Positions 9,530-17,421 of a stretch of DNA of 24,000 bases are shown here, one piece after another. The position numbers and the translations under genes are program-made. Origin of the DNA: Candidatus Saccharimonas sp. (GTDB lineage Bacteria; Patescibacteriota; Saccharimonadia; Saccharimonadales; EFPC-124); the NCBI GenBank assembly GCA_035478375.1, contig DATIJQ010000035.1, forward strand, positions 21,087-45,086, in the 5' to 3' direction. Positions within the stretch are counted from its first letter, which is position 1, and each line of letters opens with the position of its first letter. The notes under the pieces are model-generated. The model was given only the letters and a program-made list of their open reading frames with translations. It did not search any database and was not told the DNA's origin.

Positions 9530-10153
9530 CTAACCGGTTTTACTTGCGATCTCGATGGTGCGTTCGCCGTTTTGTTCGGCCAACGCACCCAAAAACACAA
9601 AGTTTCGGTCGTGCCTTCCGTCAATGTAGATTTTTGTAAATTCACATGGACCAAGCGCGGCACGCGCCTCGGCATAGGTCATGTGCGCTGGTGCATAAAT
9701 AACGATGTTACCGGTTATGAGTTGCCGGATATTTGCGACAAGCTGCGCCAAATCCGGGTTCTGCCCGGCCGCGTCTACTTGGCCGTCGTGGTTACTCCAG
9801 TATGGGATATCGTACAGCACAACATCGGCTGCAAGGCTGCCGAGCAATTGCCGGTCGCTCACATCACCGCACAACAGCGAGTAGTTTGTGACGCCGGCAC
9901 GCGCCAAATTTTGCTTGCAGTTTTCGATAACGACTGTATCGTTATCGACGCCAATAACGTTCTCGAATGCCGCCGCCAGTTCGATCAGGCTGACGCCAAT
10001 GCCGCAGCAAAGTTCGCAAACCGTGCGGCCATGGTTTTTTAACCGGTTGGCAATGTACCGTGCTGTAATAAGAGGGCTTGCGATCCTTAGCGACAACTCA
10101 TCGCCGGCAATGGCAGGGTCATAGCCGCGGCGTTTGATTATGTTTGTTCGCAC
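9530..10153 (-). CDS. Class I SAM-dependent methyltransferase (RNA methyltransferase-like)
   Basis: 207-aa ORF; VCELCCGIGVSLIELA (motif I), VIGVDND, DVVLYDIPYWS (motif IV-like). Confidence 0.85.
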   Translation of the reverse strand: MRTNIIKRRGYDPAIAGDELSLRIASPLITARYIANRLKNHGRTVCELCCGIGVSLIELAAAFENVIGVDNDTVVIENCKQNLARAGVTNYSLLCGDVSDRQLLGSLAADVVLYDIPYWSNHDGQVDAAGQNPDLAQLVANIRQLITGNIVIYAPAHMTYAEARAALGPCEFTKIYIDGRHDRNFVFLGALAEQNGERTIEIASKTG

Positions 10154-10415
10154 GGGTAATAGTATATGCGAGTTTAAGTCGACGCGCGACTGGCACTAGT
10201 GGGGTCTCAACTTGGGGCGGTACTTTTGTCACAGTGACACGGACCCAGCTGGCGTGTCTTTATCTACTCGCTCTAAGTGATTCATCAAAAGCTTGCTGTA
10301 TCTATCATATTTTCCGTGCCGTTAAAATAACACACATTCCCTCGATTAGTCCATACTTTATTGTAGTTCTATGGCGACTCCTTTATAGTTAGGCTTAATT
10401 AAAGGAAAACTTACC

Positions 10416-10994
10416 TTGGCTACGTCTTCAAACAGCAAGCGTACTGAACCCGCCAAACTTAACTGGTGGCGCAAGAAATCGGTCTTGATTCCGCTCATTA
10501 TTCTCGCGGTCATCGGCCTCGCTGTTTGGGGTGTTGCGGACTTTCTGTTTCACAACAGGGCGGCAGACATAGCAGCGCCGCTTGAGAAAAGCCTAGTGGC
10601 GGCTGGAGCGGCCAAAACATGTGAAAATGGTGATCCCGGCCGCGGCCCAGACACATCGGCTGCCGAGTATGGTGCTTCCTACGATGTGCGCATGAGTAAA
10701 GACAACGCTATTGCACTCATGTACCGCGTCGCCAAAGACAATGGATACAATCTTACACATGCCAGCCCGAGTAATCGTGGCCATATAGGCTTTATCGCGG
10801 ACGCTTACATCGACCAATGGTATTTTGACGATAGTAAGCAGCAGCCGTATTGGGATATAAATCCAGGTCCAATTAATCTGGCATTTTCTATCGATGGACC
10901 CGGTTCAAACTACGGGTGTAGAACGACTAGCATTATCCCGTCTGGTCATGCATTGATTAGTCTTAGTGTTGACCTGCCGGACTTCAAGCGCTAG
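10416..10994 (+). CDS. Single-TM hypothetical membrane protein
   Basis: 192-aa ORF; TM segment KSVLIPLIILAVIGLAVWGVADFLF after a basic N-terminus. Confidence 0.75.
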   Translation: MATSSNSKRTEPAKLNWWRKKSVLIPLIILAVIGLAVWGVADFLFHNRAADIAAPLEKSLVAAGAAKTCENGDPGRGPDTSAAEYGASYDVRMSKDNAIALMYRVAKDNGYNLTHASPSNRGHIGFIADAYIDQWYFDDSKQQPYWDINPGPINLAFSIDGPGSNYGCRTTSIIPSGHALISLSVDLPDFKR

Positions 10995-11433
10995 CCAAAT
11001 CAATAGGCCCAGGACAGCAAATACACCAACACGGCGGCATGGAAAGTCGCCGCGGTTCGATCCGCAAACTCGAAGATGCTCTTTTACTATCAGAGGATGC
11101 TGACGACCCGGCGTGTTACCGTCAAAAACTGCCGTCAAAGCCACTCGCTGCCACCCAAATATGGTCATCTTTCGGCAACAAAAACAGACCTTCACCAGTA
11201 GTAACAGGCGTTGATCTGTCAGGAGTTCAATATGGTGAGCCTAACGACTACTCAGGTCGAAACCCTCTTCGGTGAATTGGAATATATTGAGCCGAGATTG
11301 AAGGCCCTTGGCATTAACACAAAAAGTGTGCCGAAGCTATCTAGCTAGGAGATGTCTGTCATGCGCCTTAATGCTACAGCATCGACGGTGTTATTGTCAT
11401 AATTTTGTACATGGGTAACTATTGCAAGTAGCG

Positions 11434-11727
11434 TTATGGTCTCACCGCTAACTCCAAACCACATTCTCGGCCATTGTTAGGCTTAAGACCACTTTTCGGC
11501 ACCAAAACTTCTACTTTCCAAATTGTCCAAGTAGTGTCTGCTCGCACTCTATGTATTTTGCCTGGAGCTATCACTTCCTCAGGGGTTTGAGGATGAAATT
11601 GAACTGCGAGAAGCCGCTTGATTCGTTCTACGCCGTCACCGACCTGCAGATATTTTTTGCAGATCTTCTTTAGTTCAGGAACGAACTCATCATGCTGTTG
11701 CCACAACATCACTGAAGTCAGTCCCAC
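11434..11727 (-). CDS. Small protein, possible toxin partner of the Panacea-like gene
   Basis: 97-aa ORF overlapping the end of the upstream gene by 38 nt in the same orientation; TWTIWKVEVLVP strand-rich C-terminus. Confidence 0.6.
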   Translation of the reverse strand: MGLTSVMLWQQHDEFVPELKKICKKYLQVGDGVERIKRLLAVQFHPQTPEEVIAPGKIHRVRADTTWTIWKVEVLVPKSGLKPNNGRECGLELAVRP

Positions 11728-12202
11728 GGTAAAAGGCTAGTTCGTATACAATCTCGTCATTTGGTTCCGTACCAACATATGGTGCCTCGGCATGGGTTAA
11801 GTCCTCGAGCTGTTTACCCGTCAACCTACCATATTTGTTAGCAACATGCTGCAATATTTGCAAATCCTCGGCATCGAAAACGCTCAAGTCGGCCTTTCTC
11901 TTTGCAGAATAGACACTGGTCGGTAGATAGCCGGGGGAATCCTCTTGCTCGTCAACAGCCAGAAGCCCTTCGCGCTGCATGGAATCGATAATTTCTGAGA
12001 AAGATTGGGGAACGGGCCCCATCTTCCAGGCCTTGTACGTATCCCCTGTAATACTCTTTTCAGACTCTTTGTACTCGTAACGGTCAAAGTCTACATAATA
12101 TAAAAGTTTAGCAAGCTTTTTTTTGCCACGCAAAGAACCCCCTAGTGACTCACACAGGTAGAGAATTGTGTTTTCGTACTTATCCTTTGCTATCTTGCTC
12201 AT
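11690..12202 (-). CDS. Panacea-domain (DUF4065/SocA-like) protein, putative antitoxin
   Basis: 170-aa ORF; KKLAKLLYYVDFDRYEYKESEKSITGDTYKAWKMGPVPQSFSEII matches the typical Panacea/DUF4065 pattern. Confidence 0.82.
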   Translation of the reverse strand: MSKIAKDKYENTILYLCESLGGSLRGKKKLAKLLYYVDFDRYEYKESEKSITGDTYKAWKMGPVPQSFSEIIDSMQREGLLAVDEQEDSPGYLPTSVYSAKRKADLSVFDAEDLQILQHVANKYGRLTGKQLEDLTHAEAPYVGTEPNDEIVYELAFYRGTDFSDVVATA

Positions 12203-12287
12203 GACTAAAATTATACAACAGTTTCAACATAAAGTACACTGCTTATGGTTGTAGTCAAACAGGCTCAGCTGCTTAGATGTAATACAA

Positions 12288-12311
12288 GAACTCCGGATTG
12301 TACCGGAGTTC
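12288..12311. repeat. Short perfect hairpin in intergenic DNA
   Basis: GAACTCCGG - ATTGTA - CCGGAGTTC. Confidence 0.6.
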
Positions 12312-12472
12312 GAGAAAATATTGTTGGTTCGAAATGGTGAGCCAACGGGGACCTTCGGCGAACTATTTTTGGGATGGGTTGGAACGATTGGATGAAGGAA
12401 ATGGGGAACGACGAAACGATAGCTGGAACCCATTACTAACCTCTACGTAGCCCAACATCACAAAACATTATC

Positions 12473-13048
12473 TCACTTTTTCTTTTCCGCCACTAACCTT
12501 GCCACCATATACCGCTCTGGTTCGGTCTTCCCTTCTGGGATAATCCAACTGCTGTAAGTCTCTTCATAGCTAGTGATGTGCCAACTTTTGTACAATTCTT
12601 TTAACCTTCCAGATGGAAAAAGGTACGGTCGTGTGCCCGGCAGGTTACCATCAGTAAAAGCCGTCACAATGTTCGTGCCTTGCGGCTTTGTCCATTCTTG
12701 CATTTTGGCGATGGTCGGGGCAATGTCTTGTTCTGGTAAAAAGTGGAGCACCATGAGGCACAGAATAGCATCGAATTGATCTTTTGGTTGGTAATTGCGA
12801 ACGTCGGCTTGCCGAGTGGTTATTTTAAGGTTTCCTCTTGCAGCTGTAGCCTGTAGCGTATTTAAGGCGATAGCATCTGTATCTATAGCCGTTACCTCCC
12901 AGCCTAAGTGCACCAAGTAAAGTGCATTGCGACCAGCATACGAGCCAATGTCCAAGGCCCGACCGGGTGGTATGTTAGCTAAGGCGTTTTTGACGAGTGG
13001 GGTCGGTTGGGTGTAGTCGGTGAATTGCGTGGAAGTGTTGGTTTTCAT
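12473..13048 (-). CDS. SAM-dependent methyltransferase, TehB-like
   Basis: Start assigned at 13048 (MKTNTSTQFTDY); RALDIGSYAGRNALYLVHLGWEVTAIDTD, FDAILCLMVLHFLPEQD. The track start at 13132 reads through the terminator upstream. Confidence 0.88.
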   Translation of the reverse strand: MKTNTSTQFTDYTQPTPLVKNALANIPPGRALDIGSYAGRNALYLVHLGWEVTAIDTDAIALNTLQATAARGNLKITTRQADVRNYQPKDQFDAILCLMVLHFLPEQDIAPTIAKMQEWTKPQGTNIVTAFTDGNLPGTRPYLFPSGRLKELYKSWHITSYEETYSSWIIPEGKTEPERYMVARLVAEKKK

Positions 13049-13086
13049 TAGTACTATTATGGCCGGTGTGAGTAAGAATGAAAAGC

Positions 13087-13114
13087 CCCTCCACCCCGTT
13101 GCCGGGATGGAGGG
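13087..13114 (-). terminator. Rho-independent terminator of the precursor/YcaO transcript
   Basis: CCCTCCA.CCCG / CGGG.TGGAGGG stem; on the minus strand followed by GGCTTTTC. Confidence 0.8.
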
Positions 13115-13170
13115 TTGTGTCATGCGACACACCTCTACAAGAGAGGCTTGAGGAACACTCGCTGAGCGAG

Positions 13171-13199
13171 CACCGACCTCCTACAGGAGGATGTCGGTG
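13171..13199 (-). promoter_or_regulatory. Strong hairpin across the precursor stop codon (possible processing/stability element)
   Basis: Minus strand CACCGA-cat-CCTCC-TGTA-GGAGG-TCGGTG; the TAG stop lies in/next to the loop. Followed by a second hairpin CTCGC-TCA-GCGAG at 13158-13170. Confidence 0.65.
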
Positions 13200-13294
13200 C
13201 AGCCGCCGCAGCTGTTGGAGCCGCCGGCCGGCGCGCCCGTCGTCTCGATGACGTCCGTGCGTTCCGTGACCTCGATGATCAGACTCTGATCCAT
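13181..13294 (-). CDS. Putative TOMM/azole RiPP precursor peptide (37 aa)
   Basis: ATG at 13294 to TAG at 13181: MDQSLIIEVTERTDVIETTGAPAGGSNSCGGCTDILL. Begins 14 nt after the YcaO stop with GAGAGGA as a candidate SD; acidic leader, AGG motif, C-terminal SNSCGGCT core; adjacent to YcaO and SagB-type genes. Not in the supplied ORF track. Confidence 0.85.
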   Translation of the reverse strand: MDQSLIIEVTERTDVIETTGAPAGGSNSCGGCTDILL

Positions 13295-13308
13295 GAGGGT
13301 CCTCTCGT

Positions 13309-14727
13309 TCAGGCGAAGGGTTGCGTTTTGTACCCCGCGGCTGTTTTGCGAAGCGACCGGAATTGGCCGCTCGCGATACTTGTTGGAGTACGAAAAAGCC
13401 TCTCCATACCAAGCGCTTCCATCATATAGCCAAACCCTATCGGGGTCAACCCTTCGATCAACGAGCGAACTACATACAGGCCAGTTGTGTCCCTGCCAGC
13501 ACGATTGAGCTCAGTTGCATACCATGAAGTGCCTAGCCGATTAAGTGCTGTTTGCATCCCGATGACGTCTGTGGGGCCGGCGGGTATACCAGTTGCTTCA
13601 ATTAGGTCTTCACCTATAAGCAACTCTACCTCCGAATGATTTTCCGGTTTGTCATACCAGAATTGATGGTCCATAACATCCCGGATGTTTTCCATAGCAT
13701 TCACACTTGGCGTCTCAATATTACAGAAGGTGACATTGAGTTCCACCTCCTGTAAAGCTTTGTCCATCGCCACAATAGGCAAAGAATGCGAGGCCATGCC
13801 AAGAATGAGCCTTGGGTACGATTCTGCTTCTCGCCTGAGGATTACTAACACAACTGGCGCTAGCTCAAGAGTGAGGTTCAAAAACGTGCATGTAAACCCA
13901 AAGCTTTCTAGGCGCAAGACGCGACTCTTGAACTCGTCAGGTGGTGCTATGCGCTCGCGTTGCACACCCCAGAACCAATGAACCATAAGAGCGTCGCGCT
14001 CTATGAGTTCAAAAGCAGAGCTAAGCAATGCTACCTCAAAAGACGGGTGACAGGCAACTCCACTCGACGTCGCTGAAGTTACACGTTTACTTCCGGTTCG
14101 ATCTGGGTAGCATACTATCTCTAGAGGCAATCTAAATGCCTCATTCGTCGCCACATTCTCAACTCTGGCCCACTTTCCACTCGGCTCGCGCCCATATGGG
14201 AAATCGGCTCGCGCCAACTGCCACTCGCTATAACGCACAAACCTATGTATGTCCAGCGCAGGGACTGAGTCCTCCAGATCAACGAGCAAATCTGTATTGA
14301 CATTCGCGTCGCAACTGAGTCGTTCGTAGACTTCGGCAGCAGCTTTGAGCAAGGCTAGGTACTTCGTGTCTGCCTGGCCGAAACCTTTTGTGCGAGGCTC
14401 CGCTTTTAGCATGTAGCCTTCGCGAGGCAGGGCGAATTCTGGCCTAGTTGAGCCTTTTCGCACGACATAGGTTTCGACATTACGCTCGCCGAAATATCGC
14501 TCAAGACGACGAAGCGCGCCAATCTCATCGCCATCCTCGCTGACAACTACTCCGTACTGAGCAAGTGTACGAATTGCTGGCGTCTCTTGGACCCATTCGT
14601 TCTGGAGTTGCTTAAGCAGCGATTCTGAATCACCCCGGAGCCGCAAGCTCTTGTCTGGCGTTTCAAGGACCAAAGCGTCGCCATCATATCTCCACGAACA
14701 AAAAGGTGCTAGACGATAATGCATCAT
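13309..14727 (-). CDS. YcaO-domain cyclodehydratase-like protein (SagD-like)
   Basis: 472-aa ORF; E-rich substrate/ATP-site-like segments KAAAEVYERLSCD, GVACHPSFEVALLSSAFELIERDALMVHWFW, DKALQEVELNV; AGG-rich SD before the start. N-terminal about 70 aa may be a small leader-binding-like domain. Confidence 0.88.
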   Translation of the reverse strand: MMHYRLAPFCSWRYDGDALVLETPDKSLRLRGDSESLLKQLQNEWVQETPAIRTLAQYGVVVSEDGDEIGALRRLERYFGERNVETYVVRKGSTRPEFALPREGYMLKAEPRTKGFGQADTKYLALLKAAAEVYERLSCDANVNTDLLVDLEDSVPALDIHRFVRYSEWQLARADFPYGREPSGKWARVENVATNEAFRLPLEIVCYPDRTGSKRVTSATSSGVACHPSFEVALLSSAFELIERDALMVHWFWGVQRERIAPPDEFKSRVLRLESFGFTCTFLNLTLELAPVVLVILRREAESYPRLILGMASHSLPIVAMDKALQEVELNVTFCNIETPSVNAMENIRDVMDHQFWYDKPENHSEVELLIGEDLIEATGIPAGPTDVIGMQTALNRLGTSWYATELNRAGRDTTGLYVVRSLIEGLTPIGFGYMMEALGMERLFRTPTSIASGQFRSLRKTAAGYKTQPFA

Positions 14728-14806
14728 CTCCCGCTCCTAACGAAACGATAAGCTGGCCATTAAGGACTCGGATAATATTAGCACGTATGGATTTGACTGA
14801 ACAAAT

Positions 14807-15439
14807 TTACTGCGGCGTAGTAAATTTATATAAAAGGACAGACTGCCCTCCTTCAGGAAAAGGAGGTGTATAATCTTGGAACCAATATGGCCGGAAGCCG
14901 CGTGTACCATAAAAATCCAGAGTCTCAGTATTACTCTCGCTGAGTTCCGTGGCAAGTGTAATAACCTGTACGCCATTATTATGAGCTCTTTGCATACTGC
15001 GATTAAGTGCTGTGCTAGCGTAACCTTTACCTCGTGTCCTTTCGCCCGGCCTTGTAACAAGTTCACTAATGTATAAACGACGATCCCCTATTTCTTGGCC
15101 ACTATCGCTGTGGACGATTTCGCGGAAAGTTTTGCCAGCACTTAAAGTACCTCCGAGAAGGATATTAACAATTTCCCCGGTTCTGGAGTCGACTATTGCT
15201 TCGCTGTAATTCCACATCTCATCTATTCCTTGTCCAAAACGCTTTTGTTCCTTTATCATTTCTGCTGTGTAATACGGACCCGCCCCCTCTATAAAACTAC
15301 AGAGCCATAGAAGTTCTTCAGCATGCCCCTCAACGAAAGCTTGATCTACATGAACGCACTCTAAACCATCTTGTAATCGATCGACACTGCCAGTCGGAAT
15401 TTCAGATTGTGTTAGCGGTCTTTGCTCACGTTCAGTCAT
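14807..15439 (-). CDS. GNAT-family N-acetyltransferase
   Basis: Start assigned at 15439 (MTEREQRPLTQ) preceded by GGAG; LYISELVTRPGERTRGKGYASTALNRSMQRAHNNGVQVITLAT...NTETLDFYGTRGFRP matches GNAT motifs A and B. Confidence 0.87.
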   Translation of the reverse strand: MTEREQRPLTQSEIPTGSVDRLQDGLECVHVDQAFVEGHAEELLWLCSFIEGAGPYYTAEMIKEQKRFGQGIDEMWNYSEAIVDSRTGEIVNILLGGTLSAGKTFREIVHSDSGQEIGDRRLYISELVTRPGERTRGKGYASTALNRSMQRAHNNGVQVITLATELSESNTETLDFYGTRGFRPYWFQDYTPPFPEGGQSVLLYKFTTPQ

Positions 15440-15497
15440 TCTAGGGGCTCCATTAATGGTATTATATATTAAGTCCAACTACAGAGAAGAGGACGTC

Positions 15498-16442
15498 ATG
15501 GATCGCGATTCGCGTCCAGTCATGGTTGCCTGCTTAGGCAAGGATAAACAAGGTTACTGCTTTAAAACTTCCAGCGAGCGCATAGGTATACAGGAGAGGC
15601 TTGCGAACATGCTTCTACCTGTACTACATGAATCTACCGGCCATAGGACCATAGACCAATTGGCTAACGAAGATTTAGACGAGGAGATTCTTCTGACGCT
15701 ATTTGGCCAGTTTGAAGCCCTCGGCCTATGCTACGAGGCCCATAATGTCGCACTTTACGGTCACCGAGCAGCTTGTTATCCGGATCCGCTACGTCTCTAC
15801 CCGGGAGACGAAGCGGTGGAACAGCTGATGCAACTACCCTCAGACCGAGATGGTACGTTCATAAACGTACAATGCTCTGAGGACCCAAAAGCAAATATGC
15901 TAATTCGCAGAACTCAGCGCGCATTCAATGAACGGCCCATAAGTCTCAATGAAATGTCGCAGATTGCTTTCGCCAGTTATGGTCTAACTGAGGCGTGGGG
16001 CAATATCGCTCGCAGAACTGTTCCAAGCGCTGGCGCGATGTACCCCCTGCAGCTCGACTATGTTGTGCGTCGTGGGGAAGGCATGTTGGCCGGCGTATAC
16101 CGCTGGGCTAAGCAGGCAAACGGCTTCATTAGATACCGTGAAGTCGATGACCATATGCTTGAGGCATGTTTTATTGGCCAGGAATGGATGACTAGTGCAG
16201 TCATCCAGGTTATCAGTTTCGACATCGCGAGGAGTGCTGCGAAATATTCTTCAAGAGCACATCGTTTTGCGTTGCTGGAGGCTGGCCATGCCGCCCAAAA
16301 CGCGATCCTCAAGGCTACATCACTAGGCTTGGCCGCATGGGAGTACGGTGGCTACAATGATGCGGCGATGATGAAACTTGTCGAACTCGACGACCCAACA
16401 TGTGGCGTCGCAACCGTACTGTTTTACGGCCACACCGGCTAA
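15498..16442 (+). CDS. SagB-type FMN-dependent dehydrogenase (azoline oxidase-like)
   Basis: Start assigned at 15498 with upstream agaagagg; RRTQRAFNERPISLNEMSQIAFASYGLTE, TVPSAGAMYPLQLDYVV, LEAGHAAQNAILKATSLGLAAWEYGGYND are hallmark SagB/nitroreductase motifs. Confidence 0.92.
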   Translation: MDRDSRPVMVACLGKDKQGYCFKTSSERIGIQERLANMLLPVLHESTGHRTIDQLANEDLDEEILLTLFGQFEALGLCYEAHNVALYGHRAACYPDPLRLYPGDEAVEQLMQLPSDRDGTFINVQCSEDPKANMLIRRTQRAFNERPISLNEMSQIAFASYGLTEAWGNIARRTVPSAGAMYPLQLDYVVRRGEGMLAGVYRWAKQANGFIRYREVDDHMLEACFIGQEWMTSAVIQVISFDIARSAAKYSSRAHRFALLEAGHAAQNAILKATSLGLAAWEYGGYNDAAMMKLVELDDPTCGVATVLFYGHTG

Positions 16443-16546
16443 GACTGATCGTCCCGACCCTTCAATGATGGTAGGTGATACAATGGGCCCATCCCGAGGC
16501 CCATTTAATTTATGACAGTTACACCCGACCGTGAAGATAACATATT

Positions 16547-16582
16547 AAGAAAAGTTCGAGCACATAATCTCGAACTTTTCTT
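16547..16582 (+). terminator. Terminator downstream of the SagB-type gene
   Basis: Perfect 14-bp inverted repeat AAGAAAAGTTCGAG - 8 nt - CTCGAACTTTTCTT. Confidence 0.8.
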
Positions 16583-16607
16583 ATCTGTAAATTTTAAAAT
16601 AATGTCA

Positions 16608-16630
16608 TGGTGACCCTACCGGGACTCGAA
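16608..16630 (-). repeat. Partial copy of the tRNA-Glu 3' end (att-like)
   Basis: TGGTGACCCTACCGGGACTCGAA matches 22/23 nt of the tRNA-Glu 3' end at 18798-18820 in the same orientation; the rest of a tRNA is not recognisable. Confidence 0.8.
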
Positions 16631-16727
16631 TTGAGAACACCTTATCCACCGCAACCCTCAGCGGTCGCGCAACGGATATAAGACTTACTATGCAAGTACA
16701 AGCAAGACGCTGGTTGGTCGGTGCCGT

Positions 16728-16749
16728 TGCCGTCAAGTTTGCCGTCAAA
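16728..16749. repeat. 22-nt direct repeat, copy 1
   Basis: TGCCGTCAAGTTTGCCGTCAAA; 20/22 match to 18697-18718. Confidence 0.6.
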
Positions 16750-16833
16750 GGCCAGAAGTAGAAAATGAGCTGATTGTAGGCCTAACACAGTTCTTACGAC
16801 AAGCGGCAATCTGCAAACTATTGGCTGACGATT

Positions 16834-17421
16834 TTAATGATGAAAGAATGAAGTTAGCGATCCGCCCCATTGTGACCAAATTGTCGCAACGCTCGCAGCA
16901 TTCGTTAGAGCGCCAGCCAAAGCGGTAAGCACCATTTTAACCACGCTTTTTTGTCGCTGCGATTGCGGTAAAGTCGCCTGTTCTGCTAGAAAAGCTAACT
17001 GTTCAATAACTTGCTGTTTTTCAGTCTCTTTAATTTCTCGAGTGGCTATAACTGTTTCTGTAAGTAGCCTTATCGCTTTAGCAACATCTTCATCGCCATT
17101 GTTCTGAATGTCGTCCATGGCAACGTCAATGCGCCCCACTTGTGCCGTATTGATCGCGCCGATTACACTACGATCAACATTAATGTGGTTGTATGTTACC
17201 GACGCGCTGTTGATTCCAGACTGTGGAATTTGAATGCGCGGCCCACGTGGGGGTAGTCCAAAAGTAGCATAGATCTGGTCGCTTAGATAATTTATCATGG
17301 CCGCATTTGTAGCCATGGCCGCTTGAGCATTTTGCGCAACCATGTTGTAATGCTCCACGCAAAGTAAACTGCCGTTCTGCATTTGATAAAAGGCGGCGCG
17401 ACTGCATTGGCTGCAATGCAT
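16834..17421 (-). CDS. Hypothetical protein with N-terminal Cys-rich (zinc ribbon-like) segment and hydrophobic C-terminal segment; partner of Fic
   Basis: 195-aa ORF; MHCSQC...LLCVEH possible metal site; start codon overlaps Fic stop (TAATG). Confidence 0.8.
   Translation of the reverse strand: MHCSQCSRAAFYQMQNGSLLCVEHYNMVAQNAQAAMATNAAMINYLSDQIYATFGLPPRGPRIQIPQSGINSASVTYNHINVDRSVIGAINTAQVGRIDVAMDDIQNNGDEDVAKAIRLLTETVIATREIKETEKQQVIEQLAFLAEQATLPQSQRQKSVVKMVLTALAGALTNAASVATIWSQWGGSLTSFFHH

Noticed and set aside
11019-11060. tRNA T-arm-like GCGGTTCGATCCGC
   Set aside because: No supporting anticodon or acceptor stems around it; likely chance.
12975-13412. 145-aa minus-strand ORF overlapping the precursor region
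   Set aside because: Different frame, low-complexity Arg/His/Gly-rich translation, runs through a terminator; the 37-aa frame fits the local SD and family context better.
13293-13508. Plus-strand ORF antisense to the YcaO 3' end (and similar antisense ORFs at 13685-13981 and 14737-15066)
   Set aside because: No domain motifs; they overlap clearly coding minus-strand genes with strong family signatures.
16608-16690. Possible complete second tRNA gene
   Set aside because: Only the 3' 23 nt match; no T-stem 5' arm complement, D-arm or matching acceptor 5' strand is visible upstream.
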